Source: a virus (taxonomy: Duplodnaviria > Heunggongvirae > Uroviricota > Caudoviricetes). Taken from it: DNA of 48,976 nt. The notes beneath the pieces are model-generated. The model was not told the origin of the DNA, ran no database searches, and saw nothing but the letters and a program-made list of their open reading frames with translations. The stretch is from the IMG/VR virus record IMGVR_UViG_3300016467_000502, positions 76,785 to 125,760 of that record. The stretch is one strand, 5' to 3'. Positions 18,029-28,600 of this stretch are shown piece by piece. Position numbers and translations under genes: made by a program. Position 1 is the stretch's first letter. Each line of letters starts with the position of its first letter.

Positions 18029-21000
18029 TTAGAAGCATGCATGTATATCACGAAGGATATCTACAAGGTCTGCTTTCGTCACCGGTGCCTCAGTTTTTGT
18101 AGACGTGTCCTCCTCTACAAATTTACTAATTTCCTGACTATCTTGGTTAGCTTTAGCTTTAAATTCTGCAAGTTTCTCATCCAGGTCTACAAAATCTTGG
18201 AAAGTTAAACTTGCGGCAGTAGCTGTAGTTGTGGTCTCAAACAGCGGTACTTCCTCGCCTGCAGGAGATTCAATCACTACAGGAGCATCTGCTGCTTCTT
18301 GTGTAGATCCTTTCTTCAGGATGCGAGTAGCAATCGCTTTCAGCGTGCTCTTTCCTTTGGCAGTCTTACTAAACTCGTCCAGGCTTTCAAACGGGGTTTC
18401 ACGCTTGGCATTGGCTTTTTCCATAGCAGCCCGCGCTTTCTGGTGAAACTCTGATTTCTGTGGCAGGCTTGCCCCTTCCATGAAACGATACACTACGTCT
18501 AGCTCGCTGCGAGTACGATCCAACGATTGTTGCAAGGCGTCTGCCTCTTCCTGAGTAAGTGGTTCAGGTGTCACAGGTGTGCCTGCCGTGTCTACGACAT
18601 TGGTACCACCGGCCACCTCTTCTGTATGAAAAGATTCACCACTGGCTTCGCGGGCGGCTTGCTGACGCTGTTGACGTTTATTCTTCAGCAATGCTGCAGC
18701 ACTATTGGCTCCAGTATCCCCAGCGCCTTCTGTTTCGTCCTCTTCCTCTGGTTCAGTCTGGTCTTCAGCTGCAGGTTCTGCTACAGGTACGGGTGCCGGA
18801 GCAGGCGGAACTTCTTCAGGTTGTTCTTCCGTGCTTTCTGGCGTAGTAGATGCTTGTGCAATGATGCGATGAGGCTCTTGCGTGACCTGGATCTGTAACT
18901 CAGGGTACTTCTCAGAAACGGCTTGGATGGCATCCAGAATTTGTTGGCGGTCCTCAGGAGATGCGTTTTGTAATCCTGTAGCAATATGCACACCTCCGTT
19001 TAAAATGTCTTCTTCAATTTGCTGAAGCATTTGATCTTCACCTTCATTGACCTGTTCAGGTGTGCCAACAGGCGCAGCCCCGTTTAGTTCTGCAAGCTTT
19101 GCTTCTACAATGCTGCGGTTTTTAGACCACAGAGCCTGACCGTTGTTGTCATAGAAGTAATCATTTTCTTCAGAATTTAATATACCAAATCCCAAAAATC
19201 GATCCTCAACCAGTACATACTTTGGTTTAGTAGTTTCTGTTGCAGGTGTTTCTTCCTCCTCATCTTGATCGTCTTCTTCTTGGTCATCAGGCTCAGCGGG
19301 TGTAGATTCTGTAGAAGCAGGTGTAGCTTCTGAACTAACAGGCGTTTCTGTCTGCGGAGTAGCTTCTACTTCTGCAGACTTATAATCATTCACAATTTCA
19401 TCAATATCTGACTTGTACTTGTCATACACCTCCTGCTCTCTGATAGTCAAGGTAATGTTGTCAAACACCTTGTTGGCAATGCGAATCAGTGCTTTGAATC
19501 CAGGCTTCTTGTCTTGCTTGAACTCCATGTACTCTTCATCACTCAAGTCGGTATATCCATCCATGCTTACATTTCTGCGATACACCTTAGCCATTACCTG
19601 CTTGAGATCATTGCTAATTTTCTCTATTTGCTCTTGCGCATAGCGGTTCATCTGAACACCAGCGTTAGGGTCAAGCACAATAGTTTCTAAGTTTTTATAG
19701 GCATCGCTGTTAAATGTAGCATCAGCAATTTCTTGACGTATGCGCTCGCGCTCCTGTTTCTCCTGGTCGCTATCACCAAATATATTCATCTGGAATACAG
19801 CAATCATCCACTGCTTCTGCGCCAGTTCTTCTACGCTGTCCAGGTACTGCATCACCAGGTACTTGAAGTTACCGTCTGTCATACGATACAGCATCATCTC
19901 AAAGTTCTCCTTGTTGAACAGTACGTCCACCGCTTTCATATACTCCTTAGCGTCCTTATCCAGGCGCATGTAGTCAATGATTTTCTGGAAGGAATCCTGG
20001 TAAGCAGAGGTCAGGTTCATATCTACCTGCAGACCAGCTTGCTTATTCTTTGTCTGCATCAGGCGAACAAAGTTCATAAACACCTCAGGGTCTTGCATGT
20101 CAAACTCGTCGTCTTCCTCAACCTGGAAGCTTTCCGGTCTGGTCGATCCGTCAGCTTGTGTGCGTTCGCCACTCATTGTACGGTAGGTTTTACGACCAGG
20201 CTTACGCTTGCCAATAAACTCATCCAGTGCGTCTTCTTCCACTTCCTCCTCCATGTCTTGACCATTGGCGTCTTTCACGGTTTGAGTAGTAGTTCTTTTT
20301 TTCCACCAGGATGTCCACAAATCAAGTTCTTTGAGCTCATTCTTTTTATCAGCAATCTGATCTTCCAGCTTCTTTTTTTGATCAGGGGTAAGTCCCTCTG
20401 CATTCAAGTTCTGAGTAAGAATGTTGATATCCGCTGCTATGTTTCCAATCTCAGCTTGCAGGGCCATTGGATTGGTCATTATGCGCAGGGCGTAATCTGC
20501 TGAATCTGCAATGTGAGAAATAGAGCGAATGTCATTAGCCAACTCCTGTACACGCTTAACGGTCATCTCACCTTTGATTGCATTGTACGCAATTACAGAA
20601 ACAGCTTCATCTTGCACTTGACGCATTACCGCTGCTACATATCTGTCGCGAGAACCTTCCTGGTATCTAAATGGATCTGCCAGTGTTCCTACTTTTCTTT
20701 TTACTCCCTCAATAATCTCAGAATACTTTTTGACGTCGCGAGCTACAGAATCACTAAACTCAACAGCATTGGCATACTTAGTATCTTCTAATTTTACACC
20801 CATCATCTTGCCAAACTCTTCATTAGTCATTTCCATACCCATATTGCGTATGGCACTTTCAAGAGCTTTAACAGAGTTGGTACGTTGTGCTGCTAGTACG
20901 GCGTGCAGTAGTGCGTTATCCTTACCGTTCTGGAACTCATACTGCTTACCTTGCGTGGCAGCAGTTGCCATTTCTTGAGCGGCATCAACCTGCGCAGCAA

Positions 21001-23008
21001 AGTTAAACATCTTATGCTGCATGTTGTCTGCAGAACTCAGTTGTCTGAATGTTGCATTGAGCATCTTCAAATCGTTGTCCAATGCTTTTTCAGCTTGTTT
21101 GACAGGATCTGCAGCAGGGTCATTTTTATACTGCATACTTGTTGCAGCATTACTCATCTTTTCTAAAAGTCGTGATGAAGCAGATGTAGGTATGCGAATA
21201 ACAGAGCCTGTCATTGCTCCCATCAAGAACGTCTTAAATCCTTGCTTGGTAAACTGCTCACTAAATCCTTCACCAAAAGCTTCTGTCAGAGTCTTGTCCG
21301 CGTTCTGTGCTTTGGCCATATAGTAACTCTGCCAGGATGCAGAACTCATCTCTTGCAAGTTTTCCTGCAAACCTTCTGTCAACTCCATGCGAAGCATATC
21401 TTTTGTAAAGGCTTTTCCAGCCTGATATGCTGCTTCCTTCTTACCAAAATCTTTAGCAATCTGACCCAACACACCGTAGGTTCCAAAGAATCCCTTCTTA
21501 TACCCCTGTGTCAGTAGTTTTTTTGAAGCAATGTCACGACCTTCTACAAATACCATACGCTCTGCACCTTCTTCTAACATTTCTTTAAGGACTTTGTTAG
21601 ATGGGGTAAAGCGATTGAAAAGATTACCAAACTGTAACTTATTGGTTACCATCAAGATAGCCATGTTGGTATTGTAGTTAGAACCCGCAGTAGCAGCCGC
21701 AGCTTCTTTATACTTTTCAAACTCGTCAGAGCTGGGCAGCATTCCATTGTTCCTGTCCTTATGTTCTTTGACAAGTTTATCAAGAGTATCTCCATAAGAA
21801 GTCACAGCTTCAAATGAAGCCTCTGTAGCACTCATGTTTACCTCTTGCGCCAATCGTCTGACACCCTGGAGTGCCATACCCGTAAGCTCAAATGCATTCA
21901 TTCCAGCTTTAGCACCAGCTGCTATCTTCTCTCCATAGCGAACACCTGTTCCCAATACGGGTACACCGCGCAGAAACTGCCCAGCAAACTCTGTAAAGTT
22001 CTTACTGCGCCACATTCCTGAAATGTTGTTTGAATAAACAGTCCAAGTTTCATTCACAACATCTTGCATCCGGCTAGAGAAAGCACGTCCTGTGGCATTA
22101 GCAACATCCGCAGCTTCATCTGCTTTACTTGCTACTTTTGCAGAAGCGCGAATGGCATCTACACTCTGATTACCTGCTGTAAATCCACGACCTATGTCAC
22201 CTATTGCATCTGCAAAACCAAATCCTTTTTTTACACCAGCTTCCAGACCTTCTTTGGCAGCTTTCTTCATTCCAAACTTTGCACCCAATCGCGCAAAGGT
22301 GGCACCAAAAGATCCAGCGCCTCCACCAACGGTAAGAGCTGTAATTGCAGCATCTGCTGCTAGCTCTATGCCTAATGCTGCAAACGTACCCAGGGCAAAT
22401 CCTGAGTTAGAAATCATGTCTGCTGCAAACTTCTTGTTAAATATTCCTTCCTCATCTTCTTTGGACGCAAACACAAAATTTCTGTTCATGTCCAACTGAT
22501 CCTTGTAGTACTGATCAATCATGGTTTGTTCATCGGGACGCATCTTATCCCAATCCAGAGATAACAGTGCATCCGCCATACGGCCATAATCTTTCCACCA
22601 GTCTACAAACGTATTACCAAAACGATAGCCTGCTGAGTCAAATGCTTTACCCATGGCTGTACCCCATGTCTCATTATCAATAGCACGCTGAAAGTTATAC
22701 GCATCTCCTGGGGAGAACGCATCACCTTTAAAATTCTCTTGCTGAATAAACTTATCTACCTGCTCAGGATTCCAATATTCTGTACCAGGAGACTGAGCAG
22801 TTGTCAAACTCTCAAACAATGACATTTTAGGAGCGCCAAAAGCTTGTTCTGCATCTTGTGCAGTAGATTGCTCCATGCTGATTTTAAAAGCTGATGGCTT
22901 ACCAGGGCTGTCAGAAAACTGACCACTCTGAATGTTATCAGCCATCTGCCCAATAGAAGGTGGATCACCCGCACCTTCCTGCATATTCAAATCAAATTCT
23001 TCTGCCAT
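18029..23008 (-). CDS. Giant virion cargo/ejection protein (1659 aa) with Gly/Ala-rich hydrophobic segments
   Basis: Long uninterrupted ORF directly upstream of the RNAP gene. It has a hydrophobic GA-rich stretch (GFALGTFAALGIELAADAAITALTVGGGAGSFGATFA), a helical body and an acidic Pro/Thr-rich C-terminal linker. The function is inferred from context. Confidence 0.75.
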   Translation of the reverse strand: MAEEFDLNMQEGAGDPPSIGQMADNIQSGQFSDSPGKPSAFKISMEQSTAQDAEQAFGAPKMSLFESLTTAQSPGTEYWNPEQVDKFIQQENFKGDAFSPGDAYNFQRAIDNETWGTAMGKAFDSAGYRFGNTFVDWWKDYGRMADALLSLDWDKMRPDEQTMIDQYYKDQLDMNRNFVFASKEDEEGIFNKKFAADMISNSGFALGTFAALGIELAADAAITALTVGGGAGSFGATFARLGAKFGMKKAAKEGLEAGVKKGFGFADAIGDIGRGFTAGNQSVDAIRASAKVASKADEAADVANATGRAFSSRMQDVVNETWTVYSNNISGMWRSKNFTEFAGQFLRGVPVLGTGVRYGEKIAAGAKAGMNAFELTGMALQGVRRLAQEVNMSATEASFEAVTSYGDTLDKLVKEHKDRNNGMLPSSDEFEKYKEAAAATAGSNYNTNMAILMVTNKLQFGNLFNRFTPSNKVLKEMLEEGAERMVFVEGRDIASKKLLTQGYKKGFFGTYGVLGQIAKDFGKKEAAYQAGKAFTKDMLRMELTEGLQENLQEMSSASWQSYYMAKAQNADKTLTEAFGEGFSEQFTKQGFKTFLMGAMTGSVIRIPTSASSRLLEKMSNAATSMQYKNDPAADPVKQAEKALDNDLKMLNATFRQLSSADNMQHKMFNFAAQVDAAQEMATAATQGKQYEFQNGKDNALLHAVLAAQRTNSVKALESAIRNMGMEMTNEEFGKMMGVKLEDTKYANAVEFSDSVARDVKKYSEIIEGVKRKVGTLADPFRYQEGSRDRYVAAVMRQVQDEAVSVIAYNAIKGEMTVKRVQELANDIRSISHIADSADYALRIMTNPMALQAEIGNIAADINILTQNLNAEGLTPDQKKKLEDQIADKKNELKELDLWTSWWKKRTTTQTVKDANGQDMEEEVEEDALDEFIGKRKPGRKTYRTMSGERTQADGSTRPESFQVEEDDEFDMQDPEVFMNFVRLMQTKNKQAGLQVDMNLTSAYQDSFQKIIDYMRLDKDAKEYMKAVDVLFNKENFEMMLYRMTDGNFKYLVMQYLDSVEELAQKQWMIAVFQMNIFGDSDQEKQERERIRQEIADATFNSDAYKNLETIVLDPNAGVQMNRYAQEQIEKISNDLKQVMAKVYRRNVSMDGYTDLSDEEYMEFKQDKKPGFKALIRIANKVFDNITLTIREQEVYDKYKSDIDEIVNDYKSAEVEATPQTETPVSSEATPASTESTPAEPDDQEEDDQDEEEETPATETTKPKYVLVEDRFLGFGILNSEENDYFYDNNGQALWSKNRSIVEAKLAELNGAAPVGTPEQVNEGEDQMLQQIEEDILNGGVHIATGLQNASPEDRQQILDAIQAVSEKYPELQIQVTQEPHRIIAQASTTPESTEEQPEEVPPAPAPVPVAEPAAEDQTEPEEEDETEGAGDTGANSAAALLKNKRQQRQQAAREASGESFHTEEVAGGTNVVDTAGTPVTPEPLTQEEADALQQSLDRTRSELDVVYRFMEGASLPQKSEFHQKARAAMEKANAKRETPFESLDEFSKTAKGKSTLKAIATRILKKGSTQEAADAPVVIESPAGEEVPLFETTTTATAASLTFQDFVDLDEKLAEFKAKANQDSQEISKFVEEDTSTKTEAPVTKADLVDILRDIHACF

Positions 23009-23014
23009 ATCAGC

Positions 23015-25684
23015 TTATTTCTTTGTGCCAGATTCAGCCATGTCTCTTTGTGTAACGTAATCCTCAAATCTCTGGGTCACATAATTACTTGCGCTAATAT
23101 AGGCAGTAGGATCTTCAGGATTTGCAATTTTTTCAAACCTATACATTTTCTCCTCACGCTTGGTGGTTGGATCAAAGTAAGTAAATGTTATGCCTAAACC
23201 AAATGCTCCGGTGTCATCGCGTACACCACTTACGCTATAGTCAAAACCATATGCGTTCATATATCCAGGGGCAGTTACAATGGTGTTAGGATTAGAGGCA
23301 AACTCTGAAAATGCACCTAAGTCTGTAGAGTTAACAGAGTTTCTGCCTAGGTATTTGTTGAAACGCTCCAACGGTAATTGGTTCTCACGAATAGTAGAGT
23401 AAGGCAAGACAACAGTCATTGTTTCTCCTTTTTTAAAGCCTAGTGTTTTAGCTGCTTGAGAGTTGATGTCTACCTTAAATTTAACCTTGACCTTTTCTCC
23501 TTGAGCATCATATGATACAGTTGCAGCATTGCCCATCAATTCCTTGATAGAAGCAGGAGACATTTTAGATAAATTAGCTGGCGATATCTTTTCACCAGTT
23601 TCTGTTACCTCGATACTTGCAGCAGTATTTCCTGAAGATGCACCATCTATCAACTGAAACAACTCAGCAGAAGTAATTCCTGTAAACTCAAATGTATCAC
23701 CTGTAACACGGGCGCGATCATTATACTGAGAATCCAAACGATTGCTTAAGTATGACTGTTGTGCATCAGATAATCCACTAAGGTCGTACACAGCAGTACC
23801 ATCTTCTAATCGATAAAGCAGTTTAGCTGCTTCATAACCAGGCTTCAGATTACCATACCCATCAGTAATTTCCTTGCTAATCTCTCTAGCGTTTTTCAAA
23901 ATGTTTTCACGCTGAGTCATCAACACGTTCATAGAACCTAGTGCCTGGCTAAATGCCTTAGACATTTTCTTAACGTCGCCTGTTTTCTTAATTGCAGTGT
24001 AGTCTTTTACAAGCTCGCGACTGCGATCATATGTGGCAGAAATAAACTCATCAAGCAATGCCTGAGCAGCCTGAGGATTATTGTTAGGATCAACAACTTT
24101 GGCACTTACCTTTTTACCGTATAATTTCAGAATGTTCTTGTCCTCCTCGCTTAACTGAACGTTAGTGTTTCCCTGGGCGATTTGCTGAACCTTGTTGATT
24201 ACGTTATAATACTTGCCGTGTTCAGCAGCACCTACCACAAGATTCATCATACCGTTGTTAGCACCAAACGTTGCGTTAAATAAGTTGTCTCTGTTTTTAG
24301 CCATACCGTCCATGTATACATCTACACCGGTATATGTTTGCTGGCCTGCTGCGTTGCGTCCCAGGTAGGATTCAGAAGGAAGTTCTCCCTTACCCTGTGC
24401 AATCTTGATTTTCAGAGCATACTCGCGGTCAGCGTTTGTCTGATCCTGCTGCATCTCCATCATCTTTAGTTCACGCTCCTGAGCCATCTTAGCTGCGGTT
24501 AACTGACGCTCCTGAGCCATTCTCCATTTGGTTAATACCACGTCATCTGACTTGATATCTACTGTAGCAGTAGCGTCACTATATCCTTTTGCCCACATTT
24601 GAGCAGTCTGTGCTTTAGCTTGTTGAGCAAATATGCCATGGATGTTTTGAGCTACAAAGTTTTCACCATCTTGATCTAATTTAGAAAGCAAAGAATTACC
24701 GCCATCGCGTTGATTTACATAAGCATCTTTTTCTTCAAGCGCTTTTATGTACTGCTCTTTAATGTCGGGGTCTGTAATTCCATCTGGATACTTCTCTTCA
24801 ATAAGTTTGATTTTACTTTCAATCTTTTCAAGCTCTTTGTCTGCAGATACAGTTTCTTCTGTACTTTGGCCTTGTAATTGTTTTGCTAACTGACTAGATA
24901 CCATTTGTAAAGCCTGGTCACGAGACACTCCCTGAGACTGTTGCACGCTTCTGATAGCACTTTCTGCCTGCACCCAACCTTGTTGCTGGAGCTGACGATC
25001 AAAACGATTACCCATTTGAGTTCTAGCCCAGTTTGTAAATGCTGCATACGACATCTTACCATTACCATATGTAACAATGTAAGGGTTCTTGCCATCAGCC
25101 GTTGCAATCTTGACGCCTATGCCTTGTTCTTTAGCAGCTTTGTTAAGATACTCCGCAATGTCCTCCATGGGTACAAACTCCTGAGGACGTACGTTCTGAA
25201 TGGCCCCTTCACCACGTTTGGCGCTGCGAAGATCTTCTTCTGCAAAACCAATAGCCTGGCGACTGAAGTCGTTATACTGTGCACGCATTTTAGGATCAGT
25301 ACTATTCTTGTACTGCTCCATGCGCTGCTTTTGTTTTTGATGAAATGACGTTACCTGCATGTCATAAGCCAACTCTTCATCCTTTGATATAGGATTGAAA
25401 ATTTCTTGTGCACGGGAAACGTTTGTAGGATTGGATAAATCTACACCTGAGATACTCTTGATAGAGTTCTGCAGTTTCTTCATCACCTCTTGGCGATATA
25501 GTTCATTAGACTCGCTTGTCAGTGGATTGTTAAGTGCTGAGTTATAGATGCTCTTCACCATGTTAAATCCACGATCATACTCTGCCTGACGCTGGCCATA
25601 CACTTGTGTTAAAAATGTATAGTCAGGTTTGTACAGCTCTGCGGGTGTAATGTTGTCTGTTAGACCTTGTATGAATGTTGACAT
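23015..25684 (-). CDS. Virion cargo/structural protein (889 aa), crAss-like
   Basis: The N-terminus MSTFIQGLTDNITPAELYKPDYTFL resembles, from memory, the conserved start of the crAss-like cargo gene upstream of the giant proteins. It has coiled-coil segments and a TAATG overlap with the upstream gene. Confidence 0.7.
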   Translation of the reverse strand: MSTFIQGLTDNITPAELYKPDYTFLTQVYGQRQAEYDRGFNMVKSIYNSALNNPLTSESNELYRQEVMKKLQNSIKSISGVDLSNPTNVSRAQEIFNPISKDEELAYDMQVTSFHQKQKQRMEQYKNSTDPKMRAQYNDFSRQAIGFAEEDLRSAKRGEGAIQNVRPQEFVPMEDIAEYLNKAAKEQGIGVKIATADGKNPYIVTYGNGKMSYAAFTNWARTQMGNRFDRQLQQQGWVQAESAIRSVQQSQGVSRDQALQMVSSQLAKQLQGQSTEETVSADKELEKIESKIKLIEEKYPDGITDPDIKEQYIKALEEKDAYVNQRDGGNSLLSKLDQDGENFVAQNIHGIFAQQAKAQTAQMWAKGYSDATATVDIKSDDVVLTKWRMAQERQLTAAKMAQERELKMMEMQQDQTNADREYALKIKIAQGKGELPSESYLGRNAAGQQTYTGVDVYMDGMAKNRDNLFNATFGANNGMMNLVVGAAEHGKYYNVINKVQQIAQGNTNVQLSEEDKNILKLYGKKVSAKVVDPNNNPQAAQALLDEFISATYDRSRELVKDYTAIKKTGDVKKMSKAFSQALGSMNVLMTQRENILKNAREISKEITDGYGNLKPGYEAAKLLYRLEDGTAVYDLSGLSDAQQSYLSNRLDSQYNDRARVTGDTFEFTGITSAELFQLIDGASSGNTAASIEVTETGEKISPANLSKMSPASIKELMGNAATVSYDAQGEKVKVKFKVDINSQAAKTLGFKKGETMTVVLPYSTIRENQLPLERFNKYLGRNSVNSTDLGAFSEFASNPNTIVTAPGYMNAYGFDYSVSGVRDDTGAFGLGITFTYFDPTTKREEKMYRFEKIANPEDPTAYISASNYVTQRFEDYVTQRDMAESGTKK

Positions 25685-28600
25685 TATCTTCCTGTCTTAC
25701 GCTTGATTAATATTCTGAACATCTCTTCTGGAGTAACGATTGCACCGCCTGTCCCATACTCTATAAAACCGCCGTTTCTAAACGCGTAGTCATCATCAGC
25801 TGATGTATACATTGCAGCTTGGGGATTAGTTGTGAGAAGTCTGTTTACACGATTCATCTCACCCATCGCGGCCTGTCTTGCTGCATCTTCTCCAAGCTCT
25901 ACTTTCAATCTCTCATACGTGTCTTTATAGGCTCTGACACCAGCGTCGCTATTCATGGCAGATGCTGCTGCATATGCGTTTGATCCCGACCTTCCAGCTA
26001 CACCTCTTGATGTAGATCCACCATAAGACGGCATATACGTATCAGGACCCATTACGTCACGACCTTCTCCAGAAAATTCAACGTCAAAATTTATAGGATT
26101 AATGTATACCTGACGATTGCGAGCTTCTATCCACTTTTTATCACCCCAGTTAGTCATGCCCTGTATAAGTGCCGCTTTCTTGTTTTTATCCAAAGCGTAA
26201 TTTGTATTCCAGTTTTGCTGACCTTCTGTTGCTAACCGGCTCATATACATATCTCTGTACTTAGCGTTTTGGTCACGCTCTGTGTTTTCAATCTGAGAAT
26301 TGAACTGACCAGATTGTGTAGATGTTTGTGCATTGACAGTGTTTGTCTGTGCATCGCTAAGTGCGTTGTTTTGCATTGCTTCTCCAGCAGTACCTAGACT
26401 TGCAGCAATAGCAACGTTTCCGTCTGCTGAATTCTGAGCCACGTTTGCCATCATTGCAGCATTACCTTGAGTATTAGCCACAGAAGCAGCATTGGTTATT
26501 GTAGTCCACTCAGGTGTTACGTAATCAACTTGTTGCAATGCAGGTTTAAAACGCTCAGGATTGCGGGTAGATTCAAAAGCAAAGTTTACAATATCTTGTG
26601 CCCACCAAGGTCCTTCTTTTCTCTTGCCCGGAGGTGGGAAACCTTTGTCATACGCCTGACACTCCGCCTGCGCTTTTTCCAAAGAGTCGTAAGGGGTAAC
26701 CTTCTTTCCTGTGGGAGGTGTAGGCTGGCTTCCATCTGCGTACTCAACGGTTTGTACAGCACGTGATCCGTCTTCACTTTCTACACAGTAGTAAGCTTGT
26801 TTTTTACCAGGATCAGGAGTCTCTTTAGGGGTCTCTGGCTCAAAATTATCTCTAACTTTCCATGTTTGTTTTGATGTATTATCACCAATTACGTCATCAA
26901 TAAAAGACACGTTCATTTCGTCAGAATCAGCATCTGCACCTCCTTTAGGGTCAATGTCAAATCCTTTTTCCTTAAACTTTTCTATATACGTGGGTTGAGT
27001 TGCTACCTTCTTGGATGCTCTATACGCTGCCTGAAATGCTATTCGACCTAACTGGTCTAATGGTTCAAAACCTAGACGTTTTGCAGCAGCCTCATACATC
27101 TGGTTTCTTACATCTCTTGGATTACCTTTTTCGTCATAAATTTTTCCAACATTAGTACCAAAGCGATCCCATGCCTGCGAAGTCATGTACTCCTCATTAT
27201 CACCATAGGCTGAACGAATAAGAAAATTATCCTTGTTACCCTTTAAAAGATAGTCAATCACTTGTGGTTCTGAAAGATCTTTAAGCTGACTCAGCACATC
27301 TGCCGGAATCTTTTTGTTGCTTTTAGGGTCACTAATAGTCTGCATGAACTCATTATAGATTGCACTTCTTAGCTCTTTATTGTTAGGGTCATTGATAATT
27401 GACTCATATGACTGAATATCAGATTCATACTTGTTCTTGTATGTCTTTGCATCGTAGCCTTGTAACTCAGGAGCTTCAAAGTCTATTAGCTGATTCTTGT
27501 CGTTGTAAACCCTGATCCCGTCAGCTTTGTACTCACGCTTAACCTGTGTCTTCATATCCTTTGTCCAAACAATGGCACCGGTCTCAGCATCACGCACAAT
27601 GTTCAAGTCACCTTTTTTGTATTGCTTAACTTTTCTACCATTGTTGTCTATGACTTCACCCTGATACACCTCGTCATTCTCACCTGCTTTTTGAAACTTG
27701 GTTAAACCATAGACACCCACCATATCATAAGATGGAATGTATGCACCCCCTTCTTCAAAATCTGTTACATCAATTGTATTTGTCCGCCTGTTAGTTCTTG
27801 AAGGCGCACTAGATTGATTTGTTCTTTGCTGTTGCTGTTGAGCCGGTTGTTGTTGTTGAGCAGGCTGTTGCTGTTGTGTTCTAGCGCTATCTGGATCAAA
27901 CAATACAGGAGCACCGTTGGAGCCAGCTCTGTTAATGTCACCCGCTCCAGTCTGTTGAGATTGAAAAGGTTGCTGATTGCTTTCAGTTAAATCAATTTTT
28001 GCAAACTGACGATCTCCTGCTGCGCTAATCAATTCTTGCTGAAACATGTTTTCAGTAGACTGCCCATAAATTGGATTATAGCCTACCACCTTAGTACCTG
28101 TAGAATCATAGACAGGAGTCACCCTTGTTACTTTTAAAGATGGATCTCTGTGCGGATGGTTTGTATACTTTCTTGCAGCATACGGCCAGTCTACGCGATA
28201 CAAGTCGTTACCCTTGAAAAACAGGTCACCCTTGTTCAACTTAGTACCAGCTATGTCAACACCATATTTGTACTTGTACCAGTCATCACCTATAAATGGC
28301 TCATTGCTATCTCCAATATAGTAGTGAAGGTATTGGTCACCATACATTCGATCATGAGGTACAGATGTATTGTAAGATCTGTTGAAGTCATGCTCATTAA
28401 TGTAGAACTTATATCCAGTTTCAGCATCTTGGAACACGTATTCGTTAGGTGAAAACGTGTTGATCTGACTTTCTCCAGCAAGGTAGCGGTGAGGTTTACC
28501 GTTGATGTAAACAATAGTTGCAGGTGTCAGTGCAATTTGATCTCCTCTTGGTTTTACCTTTTTTGCCTCTCCTGCATTTTGATATTTTTTAAGTCCACCC

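Noticed and set aside
4997-18037. Terminal Cys as a CaaX prenylation signal or lipobox
   Set aside because: The Cys is at -2 rather than -4, there is no signal peptide before the N-terminal Cys, and the host is bacterial.
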